DNA from: Selaginella moellendorffii
Lineage: Eukaryota; Plantae; Lycopodiophyta
Assembly (NCBI RefSeq): GCF_000143415.4
Contig: NW_003314289.1
Coordinates: 1,668,293-1,732,292 of the forward strand
Length of the DNA: 64,000 nt
Direction: 5' to 3'
This document shows positions 36,800 to 50,679 of the stretch, piece by piece. Position 1 is the first letter of the stretch, and the number at the start of each line of letters is the position of its first letter. Below the pieces are notes generated by a model. It saw only the letters and a list, made by a program, of their open reading frames with translations. It had not been told where the DNA came from and made no database searches. The position numbers were made by a program, and so were the translations under genes.

Positions 36800-38400
36800 G
36801 CAAATATTCTCATTAAGCTTCACCATAAACAAGGCCCAAGGACTTTGAGATTTATAGATAACACATTTTTCTAACATTTTATAGACATTTGGTCATAAAA
36901 TCTTAATCTCATTAGATGATGTGCTGCAATTTTAACCCTAGATAACAAATCAAGATTGAGGAGATTAGTATACTTTTACTTAAATTAGTCAATTTTCACA
37001 TTAGAAAGACTATCTAAAGGATTTGGAGAGGGAATAGAACATGAAGGAAACACAATTAAAAAGATAAAAGCAATGGAAGTAAAGGTAAAAACAAAAAGAT
37101 GAAACCTCAAAATTATATTTAGCATTTTTGTGCTATAATGAATCCATACCAAAGATAAAGTTAAAAATTTGACTTGGCACTATTCACGAGGAGTGGATCT
37201 CATGCTCGAGATCATCTACATACATAACTAAGTTTGCTCATTCTATGTATAGCTGTTGCTATAATATAGATTAACTTTACCACAAAAATTAAGATTGAAA
37301 AATAACCACTAAATGAACTTCTTGTGAATATGACTATTAGTATCAAAAGTTATTTGTTGGCAAAAAAATTTCAGATATTCATTTTTTACTACTGTAATAG
37401 TAGGAGGCTGGTATTTCTCAACCCTTTATTAATCTTTAATTAAACTAGTTGAGAAATTGGTCATCCTCTATACATTTGGACCAAATAAACATAATATAAG
37501 AACTCTTATATGTTTTTTATTGTACTCGGATTGGGATGAGAAACTCATATATTGGTTTGTATTTACTACTGTTGGAAACCTTTATAATAATAAGCCTAGT
37601 TCCTCTATAGCTTACTATGTTTATTAGACATTCTCACTATGTGTTAATCTTGTTTTGGTCTTAATAGCTATTTATGAAATTTACAAGTTAAAACTTATAG
37701 AATATAGAGAATATCCTAAATATAATGGTGGTATTTCCTCATAATCTAACACCATTCTATATAGCATGTTTATCTTTGTTTCATATTTGGCTTAAGTTTA
37801 AGCTTAAACTCTATACCATGCTAGCTGATGAAGTACTCAAATCCTTGCATTAAGCCACTAGTATGTTAAAATAATGCTAAACACTATTTAGCTCTGTTTA
37901 AAGCTACCTTTTATCTCCACCTAAAATACAGAAATGTGTATATTTAATTAGCCTAAGAACACTGGTTTATATATAGAAACAAGTGGCCCAAATTAAAATC
38001 AATCTAATGGATATCAAAATCTTACTGTGCTAATATTAGTATACTGCATTGTGCAATTCTACATATCATCCTCCTTAACCCAGCATTTATTCTACTTTTA
38101 GTAAGAATGGATTGAAGGGAAGATTAAAAGATTTAGCATCTACTTTTACACTTATAATATGACCTTTCTCAAATGTGGCAAAGAATCAAGGTGATCCATG
38201 GGAACCCCACACTATTTCTAGCCATCAATGCCTTGTCTTAGAATGTATTAAGCAAGATAATAATTGGCAAAGATGTTCCACATGAGTTATGATAGCATTA
38301 CACTTGAGGCACATTATTGATTTGGGATCTAACATAGATGATCTTGGGTTACTTGATAAAAAAATATTCTAAATAGAAACACCAATGCTAAAATGTTATT
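36800..38400 (-). mobile_element. Older decayed relative of the Ty3/gypsy element at 40728, including a partial LTR at about 37922-38066
   Basis: 37170-37265 aligns with 43441-43550; 37925-38050 aligns with the 176-bp LTR (gctaatattagtata); PBS-like atctccacc at 37913. Confidence 0.65.
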
Positions 38401-40727
38401 ACTATCACTTAGTGACTTATGTTGTATTATTAATTAAAATTTAAATAATAATATTTAACATATTAATATTATTTATTTCTAAGATTTAAAAAAACTAAAT
38501 ATTATTTTAAGTGTAACAATTTTTAAAAAATTATATCTGTAAATAATTAACTCAATTACACTTATAAAAGACTCATCTTCAATGTTACTGAATTAACTTG
38601 AATGAATATATAAAATCTCAAAATCTTTTGAATAGAATAAACACTTATTTTCTGGACTTCAATGCATTGTCATAAATGCCATACCTTATAACTTCTAGAA
38701 CTTCTGAAGACTTCATGAACCTTATAAAAGGGTCATATTGCTTATATATGAGTAGAGGTATGGACATTATGGATGGAATAGACATATTAAATCTAGACAA
38801 AGACATGAAGACTATTATTCCTTCTAACTTCATAAAGTTTACGATTTGAAGGATTTAATGAAGGGGCAGATTATTTTAGGAGCAAAATAAGCTTTCCTCA
38901 TTATTAGTATTTTGCCATCTTACTTTTGCTCTACTTTAGCAATTTCCTTTTCTATATCACTAGTGGCATAATCATCTCTTGAGCTCAAGTCTACTATCCT
39001 ATTATATGCATCCCTACAAGTTATATAAATTAGAGATTTCTCATGTATCCCAAAAGCAAACTCTTGTATCAGTAGTTGTAAGGACATATTTTCCTTAATA
39101 GCCATATACAATCTACATTTGATGATCTCATATAACCATCCTTTCATAAATATCTTTTCAATCCCTCTAACATTTTTTATTGTTATGACAAAAACATAAA
39201 AAAAACATTGATGACACAATGATAGAGGGATTGGCCCATGAATATCCTAAATAGGTATATATTAAAATTTTGATATAACATTCTTATTTATTTGTAAATA
39301 TTTGAATGTCAAGTGGCATTAATTTCTCAATTTATCATTTTGTATAGCTTTCTTATTTGGCTATAACATTCAATCCAATTCCTTCTTACAAGTTGTAACA
39401 CTAATAATGGCTATACATTTAATCTTTCTCTATAATGCAATAGAGTAGTTATAATCCAAATATTTATAATGTTTGTAGTGGTGATATTAGCATACTATAA
39501 ACAACCAAAAGAACAACTTGAAAGAGCATCCATTAGAGATTAAATATAAAAGGAAAGAGCCCATAAGTAAAAGTGCAACCTTTTTTTCTATTAGTTAAAG
39601 GTCTTGGGATATTTAGAGTTAATTGTAATTGGATTTAAGTAGTTATGGGCTTTCTGAAATTTAGGAGTTTACATTTGGTATCAAATAATACTTAGATTTT
39701 TTTTAATAATCCATCACCCCTTCTTGATTGCTATAAATTGCTATGAATACCTTTTGAATTTGTTTGTAGAATGGAGTCTGGGGCTAGCATAATTATAAAT
39801 TTTAGGAAAATACTAGTGGATATATATATTAAATTTCATAGTATAGAATACTATTACGATATTTTATTCAATATTATAATAGCAAGCTCATATTTAGTTA
39901 CATAGCTGCTTATATAGATGAAACTGTCACAATAGGGTATTTTGCATAAATGATTTAAAATTTATTTGGGTTTTTCTTTCCAAAATTATAATTTAATTTA
40001 GTCTTTAATCTCTCAACTCAACATTTTCTATCTTTTTGTGGTTTTGACCAAAATTAATTTCTTCAAAAAGCTTCTCTCTATCTATCATCAAAATTGATTT
40101 CTTGATTGATAGAATTAAAATAAACCAAAATAAAAAAGAATTTGTCTTAAAATATCTTTTAAAAAAATTAATAGTACAACAATAATTTATCTTTTACATT
40201 TTTATTGTTTGTTTCTGACATATGTATATATCTATATAAAATGTATCAATAAGTTTTGTATAATTTTATGGTTTTTGATTTATTATTAATCTAGAACCAA
40301 TAAGTCTATTATAAAGATAATTTTATGTTAAAGTGGTTTATAGATATGATAAAAAAGAAGAAAGTAAAATTACAATAAATCTGTCTCATAATATTTAAGA
40401 TATTTATTTTTGATTATTTATAAAAAGATTTGATAATGGTGACATGTATTTTCAGAATAAAATCTAATAAAAAATTTATATATGAATAAAAATGAGTTAA
40501 ATTTAAGATATAAACTTTGAAAACTTTTATTATTTTAAAGACTTTAATGTAATTTTGTAGCATACATCTACACATGTATGATAGTTTTTAAATTAGAAGC
40601 TATTTAATGTTTTCATAGTACTTAAAATTAATATATATAATTTGACCACTCCATAAAATCATAGTTGGATTTTAAACCTTTATAAATTAAAAACTTTAGT
40701 TTACTTTAAATTTAAAATATTTGTTGT

Positions 40728-40903
40728 TGTGAGTGCTTGGAAAATGGAAAGGGAATATAGAAAATGTGCATATCAATTAGCCCAAAAACCGTAGCTAATA
40801 TACAGGAGTGAGTGGTCCAGATTGAAACCAATTTGATGGCTACCAAAATCCCACTACGCTAATATTAGTATACAGCATCGTAGCCATACACTTGGCCCTC
40901 ACA
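40728..40903 (-). repeat. 3' LTR (176 bp)
   Basis: TGTGAG...CTCACA termini; adjacent to the polypurine tract. Confidence 0.92.
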
Positions 40904-42971
40904 TCATCCCCTCCTCTTGGAATAATGGAAGACCATCAGGGTTCTCTTGTAGATGGGCTAGGATCTGGTGGAACGTCAGGAGGAGGCATCGACGGATCTG
41001 TAGGTGGTATTAAGTGCTCTTGATCCCTTTGTATGAAGCATTTTAACCGTTGCACATGCACAATCTCTGGAGGATCGGCCTACTGGACGTCATGCCAAAC
41101 CTCATAAACTTGTGGTCCAACTTGCTGCAACACTTAATACGATCCTTTCCACTGCGCAAGGAGCCCCTTAGATAAACGACGTACAGTAAGATGGGGAAAA
41201 CAAACTAACACCAAATCATCCACTTTGTACTCCGCAGGTGGACGATGATGGGAGTTATACTGCCGTTGTTGTCCCACTTATACACGGCCTAAGTGTTCGG
41301 CAGACTTCGCTCGGACAAGTGGAAGGATGGTCATCAAATGCTGATCCCACGACCTAGCATCAGTAGCTCGTGGCAATCGCGAAGGTAAACCTAGCTCCGT
41401 TGGTAATATTGGATCATGACCATATAGGAGTTTATATGGTGAAGCATCAACAGAACTCTACACCCTTGTGACATATGCATACCGAAGAGATGGCAAATAA
41501 CCATCCCAATCCGAATGCTGAAAGTTCACATACTTCGCAATCATCCCCTTGAATGTCCGAACGAGCGGTTCCACCAGACCGTCTAATTGTGGATGATAAG
41601 CACTCATGAAAGTGTGGCGTATCCCCAACCGAGACGTCAAAACATGAAATGCCTCAGCCATAAATGCAGGACCATTATCTGAAAGAATCTGCTCTGGACA
41701 AGAATGCTGGAACACCACTCAATTGAGGAGGAAGTATTTAACAGTAGTTGCAGAAGCACTAGCAAGAGCACCAACTTCCACCCAACGAGTCAAGTAGTCA
41801 GAAGCAACAATAACATCATTGCTAGTAGTCGACCGTGGAAAAGGTCCCATAAGATCAAATGCCACCAACTCAAATGAACGGGAAACTAAAATTGACTCTA
41901 ACCATCCTTCCACAGCCTGAGGGAGAGTATTACGAGCTTGGCACCAAACACAGCTATGCACATACCAGATAATATCACGTCACATCTCCGGCCAATAGAA
42001 AGACCTATGTAGCTTCTTGGTTACATGACGATGTCCCATATGCCCATCTAGAATAGGAGAATCATGGTAGGTATGGAGAAAACGCGGAATAAAGATAAAA
42101 GGCACCACTAGTCGTAAATGATCATTAGGATCCATCCCCACAAAATAAAGAAGGCCGTCTTCAAGGCGATATTGAGAATGTAAATGCTGGAAAGGCAAGT
42201 CATCAGCAAGTGATACAAAATTCTCAAACCCATCTCGAAGCCTTTGAATCCACAACTCAATCTTTTGAGCCTCGCGAACCTCATCAAGAGAAGGTAGATC
42301 TTGCTCTGCACCTTGTAGACACTGAACATCAAATACAACAACTGCCGGCGGTACAGAATCCTCGTCTAGAAAATCCACAGAGGCTGAAATAACAGGCTCA
42401 TCAGAAACATGAGAAGAGAATGAAGAAGGAAGAGGAGCTCGAGAAAGGGCATCAACATCAGCCAAAGAACTCCCTAGGTAATGAACAACATCAAAATCAT
42501 ATATTTGAAGCTTTAAAGCCCATCAAGCAGTACGATCAACCAAGTTTTTCCGCTTCAATAATGAAGTAACAACAGCATGATCACCTTCAAGTAATGTCTG
42601 AGAACCGTGTAGATATGCATGAAATTTCTCAAAACCCCAAACTGCTACTAAACACTCCTTCTCTGTTATGGAGTAGTTCATTTCGGCTGGTTGTAATGTA
42701 CGGCTTATATATGGCACACTCAAGCTCTCTTGCATCAACACACCTCCAAGACCAATGTCAGAAGCATCCACGCACAAAATAAAAGGTCGAGTGTAGTCAG
42801 GATATGCCAAAACTGGAGGAGTCATCAATAGCTCTTTGAGATCCACAAATGCCCACTCACAATCTGGAGACCAGATGAAAGATGATGTTGATGACTTCAG
42901 CAATGCTCGCAACGGTGCAGTGCGATCAGAAAGATGATCCACAAAACAACCGAGATACTGCACCTTGCCCA

Positions 42972-43080
42972 ATAAGCGCTGCACATCATTCACACACTTC
43001 GGAGTAGGGAACTTTAGAACAGCCATAAGCGCTGCACATCATTCACACACTTTGGAGTAGGGAACTTTAGAACAGCCATA
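42972..43080. repeat. 53-bp tandem duplication frameshifting the RT region
   Basis: ataagcgctgcacatcattcacacactt(c/t)ggagtagggaactttagaacagcc at 42972 and 43025. Confidence 0.92.
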
Positions 43081-44959
43081 AATTTGTCAGGATCAACTTG
43101 CAAACCCTCACGAAAAATACGATACCCAAGATAAATTGTGTCCTTGGACCCAAATATGCACTTCGACCGCTTCAGCTTTAGAATACTCCTTCATGAGCCA
43201 GTCAACCATTGCAACACAAAGATTTTGGAGGGATCTAAAAAGGGAAGAGCAAAACAAGATGGAAACATAGGAGGAAATAGTGGAGAAAAAAAAGTAATAG
43301 AAGCAAAGGTAGAAGTAGAGGGACGAAGAGGGATGGAAATAAGAAGAATGGATGAAACATAAAGAAGGGGGAAAAGCTTTAAAGTCACACTTGGCATGAT
43401 TGTGCTACAACTAATCCATACCAAGGATGAGGTCAAAAGCTTGACTTGGCACTACCCGCAATAACTGCAACTAAAGTTCGAGATCACCCATACGCACAAC
43501 TAGGTCCGCCTCATCCCGTACACATGCATGTGTACGGCTGTTGCCATAAAGAATGAAAACTAGTTCCGCCTCACGATACAAGTGTAGACGGCAACGTGTA
43601 GCAACAGGTTGAGCAATAGAAGATAAACTCAAACTTATATCAACCAACACAGATAGAATAATAGGAGACCTTTTGTTATAAAAACGAGTTTGCAAAGTAA
43701 ACACTGGATGAACTGGTGTCGAGTGAACCCCTTGATGATACTCCCGAAAGAAAGATGGAAGGTTCACTGACTTATTCGAGCAAGGTCCCTCCGTTACTCG
43801 CGCGACTCTTTGTTTCCCGGATGCATCTTGGTGTCCAAACCTTCCACTGCAACATCACCAACAGGACGTTGCTAATGCCAAGGTCTCCACCCAGGAAATG
43901 GAGGTTGCCAATCCGGAAAACGCTGACAATGCCGATAAGTATGACTAACTTCGTCACACGCCCAACAACGAACATCACGGCCATGACCACGTTCTTGCCC
44001 TTGTCCTTGGACTCGAGCAGCAGTAGCATCAACCTCCATTGGAACAAGACCATCACCTATAGGAAGAGGAGTTGAAGGACGTGTAGTGAGAAGTTGAAGA
44101 GGCGATGTCTCATAACATTGTGCCAAGCAAAGAGCATTGTCAAGGGTGGCAGGAGCAAGTGCATGCACAAGTCCGACAAGATCTTGACAAAGTGCTGGCC
44201 ACAACATTCCTAGCTTGATCTGCTCCAACATATTTGGCTCCACACGAAGTAAAAGACTTCGGAAACGAACACCAAATTGCATCACCGACTTAGATGGCCC
44301 TTAGCGAAGATGATGCAATTGTTGAAAAGCATCATCACAGTTATTGGCATGTCAGAAGGCGCGTTTGAAGACATTCGGAAGAACACTCCAATCCCCGCAA
44401 GTGGCTGTGCCCAAACCGTTATACCATTGCAATGCTGTCCGTTGGAGACACGTGGGAAACTCATGCAAACGTCGAGCATCATCCCAAAAATGATATGCAG
44501 TAATCACCATGAAGTGATCGAACCAATAGTACACATCATCCCTAGGATTCCCACGAAAGAACTCCAGCCAAACGCGAAGATTGGCACCAAAAGCAAGAGG
44601 AGTTGTACCATATGCCGTGAACGCTGCCATCAACTGAGTTTGGTTGTTTAATTGCAAGCACATAGCATTAAGCAATTGTACCAACTACTGGCCCAGAGTC
44701 AAAGGAGGAGATTGCTTATCTGCCATGGAGACAAATGAAAAAGAAAGAGCAAAAGAAGAGAAATGACAAAAAGCTAGAAGGAAATGGTAGATCTAGACAA
44801 TGCAAAAATCTAAATCTAAACTAAAATCTTGAAAGGAAAGAACTAAAGAAAAGAAATGGAAAATGCTAGATCTAGACAATGCAAAAGCTAGATCTAAACC
44901 AAAATCCTAAATCCAAGCACTTATCAGGGACAATCAAAGGTGCCCCTCACCTCCACCAA

Positions 44960-45135
44960 TGTGAGTGCTTGGAAAATAGAAAGGAAATATAGAAAATATA
45001 TATATCAATTAACCCAAAAACCCTAGCTTATATACAGGATTGAGTGGTCTAGATTGAAACCAATCCAACAGCTACCAAAATCCCATTACGCTAATATTAG
45101 TATATGGTATCTTAGCTATACACTTAGCCCTCATA
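44960..45135 (-). repeat. 5' LTR (176 bp)
   Basis: Gap-free alignment to 40728-40903 with about 23 mismatches counted by eye. Confidence 0.92.
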
Positions 45136-47209
45136 TTGCATAGAATATTATATTTTTCTTTAAAATTTTTTATTTAACCAGTATTGATTTATATAAGAAG
45201 CTAAATATTAAATTATTTATGTAGATTTTTTTTTGGATAATTTTTTTTTTCCAAAATACTGAAATCTAAGCTTTGAAAATTACTGATATTTTCTAGAAAA
45301 ATATTTTTACTCCAATTTTTATGTCTATACTTTTTATTATTAAAATTTAGTTGCTTTCATAAAATCCATTTAAGAATTTCATTTAAGTCTAAACTCATAT
45401 GACTTGCATACTTTGCATACATCGATAAAATTATTATTATGTTTTAATAAAGATTTTTTATTTTTCTGCATAATATCTTTTATTTTGTTCTAATCGCCAT
45501 TATATTGTTAAATAACTATATAGTTTAATTTAATTTTCATATAATAAAATTATTCTTTAAAGTACTCTTCAATGCTTTAATATATGTAAAAGTTATTTTT
45601 GATTTGGCATTGTCCTTTATGTTTTTAATCAAAATTAAAACTAATAAAATTAAAAGTTTTATAGTAACTAATAAAAATTAAATTATTATAAAATTAAGAT
45701 AATGGTCATATTTTCTGTTTCTACAATATATAGTTGGTGTTTTTCAGCAGATCCAAAATGTCGTCTCGTAGTTTATGAAGGTTGAACCTCATGGTATAAA
45801 ATATTTTATATAGCATCATGGAAATAGTTTAAATAATTTAAAAATATTTTTATACCTTCTTTGAAGGGAATAATTTATTATTTCAATTATAAATTCTAAA
45901 TATTGTTATGCATATATCATGTTTCATAATAATTTCTTTTACCACTGTTACATATTGAAAAACTATTAAAGATTAATTACAACTCATTTTAAGCAATCCT
46001 ATTAAAATATAACTAAAGTAAAATTTTACTAAAATATTAATAATTGAATTTTTTTCTTTTTATGTTTTATTGTTTACTTGGGCAAACCTATTTGTAATGA
46101 ATATACCTAGAATATTCTTGGATATTCTAGGATATTTTTGTGGTTATTCATTTAGATTAATTTCATATTTATAATTTATAAATATGTTTATAATTTATAA
46201 ACTTTTCTAACCACTTTGTATCATCATGAGTGGTTTTTGGAGCATGAGCCAAAGAAACCATGTAATATATAATGCATTGGTTGGGTTCTATGTCTAGAAT
46301 GGCAATTGCAAGGGAGCTCTCAAAGTTCCACTACCAAGGCCCTCAATCCAGCCACCATCATGAAGCAAAGAATCTGGAGCTCTAAGGCTGGATGGACGAG
46401 GCAACCAATGATTCACATGGAAGGAAGAATGAAAAAGAGGAGGAGCACTCATAGGGGCTTCCCAACCTCAATTGCAACAAGCATGAAGTATTGAAACCAG
46501 CTCGGGGATTTGAGTAGGGTCCCCTTGAGATCAATCACAATGCTATCATCATTCCTAGCCATTGCATTCTCCATTGGCTCCAATAGATTGCTCTTGTCCC
46601 TGGGAAGCATCAAGAAAAACATATTTGGATTAGTGAATTGATTGAGGATTGCCTCTCCTTGGAGGTTTGAGCTGAGAGCCATGATCCAGGATCAGAAACC
46701 CACAACGGCAATATTGATTAATTGCCCAAAATCAATCAATCAACCTAGAACGCATCCATGGATGGAGCTTAGATCTTCCTCTATATTGCTCCCTATTATG
46801 TGAGTGGGTAGTGGGTAGAAAACAAAGATCAGTGGAGGAGGGAAAGTCTTTTCAAAGAGGAGTCATTGGGAGGAAATTGAGGCTCAATTGATGGACGGTG
46901 ACCAAACCTTGAGCTTTGGAAGAAACCATGACATAAATGTTGGGCTTTGACTTGGACACACAAGTCTATGCAAATGACAATCTTTCTATTCCTATTCCTT
47001 CCTCTTTTTTAAAGTGACAGACAAAGGGAGATTGTAGCAGTTGAGGAGTGGAGTCAGGCTGCTTCTAGTTTCAGCTTGGACAATGATGAGAAGTATTTAG
47101 CGAGGATGTTTACAATGAGGAGAGTTAGTGCACAAAAAGGTTGAAAAGGTTGAAAATATTTGTCACCTGCAGAATTGGTTTATTGTCTACCCTAAGTTTA
47201 GCAAGTTGA

Positions 47210-47875
47210 TGGACAACAGAAGCACCATGGCAAATTGATTTAATAGATTTACAAGAAGAAAAAATAGCTAACAAAACAATTATACAAGTTCTAAATACAA
47301 GATCTATTACTGCACATCAAGAAGATATAAAGAGTGATTCACAATTATTAACATCAGATATAATATGTATGCAAGAAGTAAGAACACAAAAACATGAGGA
47401 TTTATATTTTAAAAAATAAAAATCATATATACATGAACAACCCCCACATATAGCAATATTGCATACAAATGACTATAAATCAGAAATAGTAGAACATTTA
47501 AAAACAAAAACAATGGCAATGTCATATGTATCACTAGAAAGTTTTTTTAAAAAAAATTATAGATAATAAATTTACATAGAAAACCTGGAAAAAATATACA
47601 AATATTCATTAAAAAAACTACAAAAATATATACAGAAAATAGATATAAAAAACCAGTAATAATTACAGTAGATTTTAATATTGACTACTAAAAAGAAGAA
47701 GCAAAACCACTTCAAACAACAATGGAGAAAGAAGGATACATACAAATAATATAACATAATACACATAATAATAAATTAATAAAGAATATATGGATAAAAG
47801 ATATAATATGTACAAAAGCAGGAATAGCACCTGCATATTAGACATATCATAACAAATTATATATCCTAATAAAAG
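47210..47875 (+). mobile_element. Decayed EEP/AP-endonuclease domain, Helitron/Helentron-like
   Basis: Broken frames read VLNTRSITAHQEDIKSD..LLTSDIICMQE, IINLHRKPG, PVIITVDFNID, GYIQII, AY*TYH, i.e. EEP motifs in the right order. Confidence 0.6.
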
Positions 47876-48479
47876 ATATTTAAAAACAAAAGCAAACCAA
47901 GAATTGCTACAATGCAACACACAGCAGTTTTATTTGTTAATATACCTCTTATAAAGTTTTGAATACTAATTAAATGAGAACAAAATGGGGGAATTGTATT
48001 CATATAAAAAATTATTGATAATTAGTTTTTTTTAAGAAATTAATTTTTTAAGTAGGCAAAGAAATGGTGGAGAAGTTTATATCTATTTTATTTATGTTAT
48101 GGATATAAATCCTTTAAGGTTTTTGAACCTTCATTATCCAAATGATAAAAAAAACCTAATCTTTATAACTAAATGTGACACATTTTAAAACTTTATAATA
48201 ATTTTGCATTTATAATTTAAAAATTAAATCAGATAAATTTTGCTACATTTATTCATTTGAGTCTTAATTGTATTTAAATGATGATGAATGTGAAATCTCT
48301 CTAAGGGAGATAATTTTTTTTTCAAAATGTTTAACAATTTACATAAATGCCATCTTTTTCTTTTATGAGAAAATGTATGATATAGTGGTAAAATGTTATT
48401 AAATTTGTGTTCATTTATGTTTTTGTTTTAGAATATTTTATATAAACATATTTTTAGTATTATTTCAAATATTGTTTTA

Positions 48480-49080
48480 ATGCATTTCTCCCATGACAGT
48501 TAAAACGTTAGAAGCCAAAAAGCTAGTTGAGGGAGGCATATCAACTATGTGAGTTCTTGTTAAGCTTTCTATCAATCTAGACTGCAATATGGACTGTAGC
48601 AGTGGGCACAACTGAACACCACCTAGATAAACTATTTGCACAAGAATGCCATCACCAATTGCCTTAAGCACTGTGTCCATCTTAAGAAGTGAATTTGAGC
48701 CATTCAGGCTGTTGATGCAGTCAATGATGATCCCCTTGAGCTCGGGCGAGTACCCAACAACGTTCCAAATCATTTGGTCATATTCTTTTGACACCAAGAT
48801 CCACTTCTTTACTTGTCCAGCTCCTGCCACTGTTGAAACGACCTTACACTCCTCCGTTGTAAAACTTCACAACAGCATCCCGAGTCCCTTGTGCCCTCAT
48901 GTCAAGGAATATATGTCAAGCGCAAGCAATCTCAGCTATTCTTCATGCTCGCATTTGTCTGGAATACCCTCTGCCTTTGAGAAAACTACATGCCAGTTAG
49001 AGGCATACATCGAAGACCATTGACAGAATCCCCTCCACTGTCAGGTTCCAGGTTTCTTTGCTTACATCCCTTGTGAGAGG
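48480..49080 (-). pseudogene. Decayed gene fragment related to 35130-35470
   Basis: Nucleotide and peptide similarity (gccttaagcactgtgtccat vs gccttgagcactgtgtccat). Confidence 0.5.
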
Positions 49081-49234
49081 TGATGGAGGAAGCTTACACC
49101 AAACGCTGACCTGGACATCAGTCACCATGTCAAACTAAACCCTAAACCTTTCTTCTTTCTCCTTTTAAAAAATATTTATCGGACAACTTTTATTGAATTT
49201 TAAAACTTGGGCGGGACTATGGAATTTAGGGCAA

Positions 49235-50679
49235 ATGGCAGACGAGGAGGACGGCGACCCAGCACCACCAGAAGCCGCGGCGCCACCGTCGGCGCCACCG
49301 CCCCGCCAGGGCATCACTGTTGCCTCTTCTTCGGGCCTCGCGCGCCGCCCGTCCCAGCGCGGCATCCTCATGGCAATGCAGCAGCGCAGCCGGAACGCGG
49401 CGCTCACGGGATTGCTCCAGGCTAGGGTAATGTGGTCGGTCATCAATCTCCCCAGTGGCGTGATCCGCCGGAGCTCCAGCCTCGTCCACAATGCCGTGGG
49501 ATTGGCGGAAGGCGCACTGGGCGCGCTGGGCGATCTCGCCAAGAACACCGGCGCCACTGGCGGATTCGTGGTCCAGCAGGCGATCCAGGGCGGCCGCCTC
49601 CTCCTCGACGCCGGCGGCATCGGCCGCGGCCAGTCGCGAGCGCCGCCAGTGCGCAGGACCTTCGCCGGCTCCATGGAAGCCATGACGTTCGTGCGCAACT
49701 TCGACATGGAATTCGGCCATGGCCGACCGGATTTCGAGAAGTCGAGCTTCGTGGAGGCGGTGTCCCGGGCCGTCCAGGATTACAAGCTCATGTTTGCGTA
49801 CCTCCACTCATCCGAGAACGCGGGATCTCTCGAGTTTTGCCGGAGAACTCTGTGCTCGCAGGAGGTGGTGGAGTTTGTCAACGCCAACTTTGTGTCGTGG
49901 GGAGCGGACGTCCGGAGCAGCGAAGGCTTCCAGATGAGCATAAGCTTGCGAGCTCCTGGTTTTCCTTTTTGCGCTGTCGTTGGAGCGTCCTCGCCACAGC
50001 ATTTGTTGGTGTTGCAACAGGCAGGTACTTGGCTCGCTTTTTCCACGCTTTCTTTTTTTTTTTCGTCCTGATTCTTTGTGATATTTTTCCCTGGCCAACT
50101 TTTGCTTTGTGTTCTTTGTTGGTCTTCTTCCCTTTGTCTGACGCCTAGCTTTTTCTCCTCTGTTTTATTGTTCTTCCCCCTTGGCTTGGCTGGCTGGTTT
50201 TTCATGTTATTGTTCTCATGTGTTTCCTTTTTCAAAGGTGAATGGTCAAATGTCTGGGCTGGAGCTGATTTCCACGCTGCGACGAGTTCTAAAACAGCAC
50301 GGTGGAGCCCTCTCGGTTGCACGATCTGAACAAGCCGAGATTGCAAAGTACCGGCGTTTACGTGATGCAGCAGCGAATCAGGCCTTGTTGGTCCAAGTAA
50401 GATATACAATTCCTTCTTTCTGTCCTTGTCTCGTTCTTTTCTTCCTTTTTCATGGAGAGATAGAAACAAAAGAGAAAAAAGATGATATCTTCGCTATCTT
50501 AGTATTATATGTCTCGGCACTTCTCACCTCGTTGCCCCTGCTCGTGGTTGGAACAGGCGCGGTCACCGCAGCAGGGGGTCCACGACAAGAAAGCCAGTGA
50601 TTCCGAGGAGAGCAACAACAAGAAGAAGAGCGTGGCTCCTGCTCCGAGGCGGCGGAAATGGTTCTTTCTCAAGAGCTGA
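49235..50679 (+). CDS. PUX10/FAF2-like UAS-domain protein lacking a UBX domain; 3 coding exons (49235-50020, 50238-50396, 50557-50679)
   Basis: KLMFAYLHS, FCRRTLCS..VVEFVNANFVSWG, SEGFQMS.SLRA..FPFCAVV, LQQ|VNG; stop at 50677-50679. Confidence 0.75.

Larger units (their letters stand above)
40728..45135 (-). mobile_element. Ty3/gypsy LTR retrotransposon, internally deleted, non-autonomous
   Basis: Two 176-bp LTRs; gag (PMEVDA, zinc-knuckle remnant), protease, 3' RT, RNaseH (DASDIGLGGVL, NYSITEKECL), integrase (SDNGPAF); PPT at 40904-40918; PBS at 44943-44959. Confidence 0.93.

Noticed and set aside
38645-39219. Short ORFs in AT-rich DNA as a transposase
   Set aside because: No diagnostic motif could be identified by eye.
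46300-47150. Higher-GC island with short ORFs
   Set aside because: Probably a decayed gene fragment, but no family could be supported.
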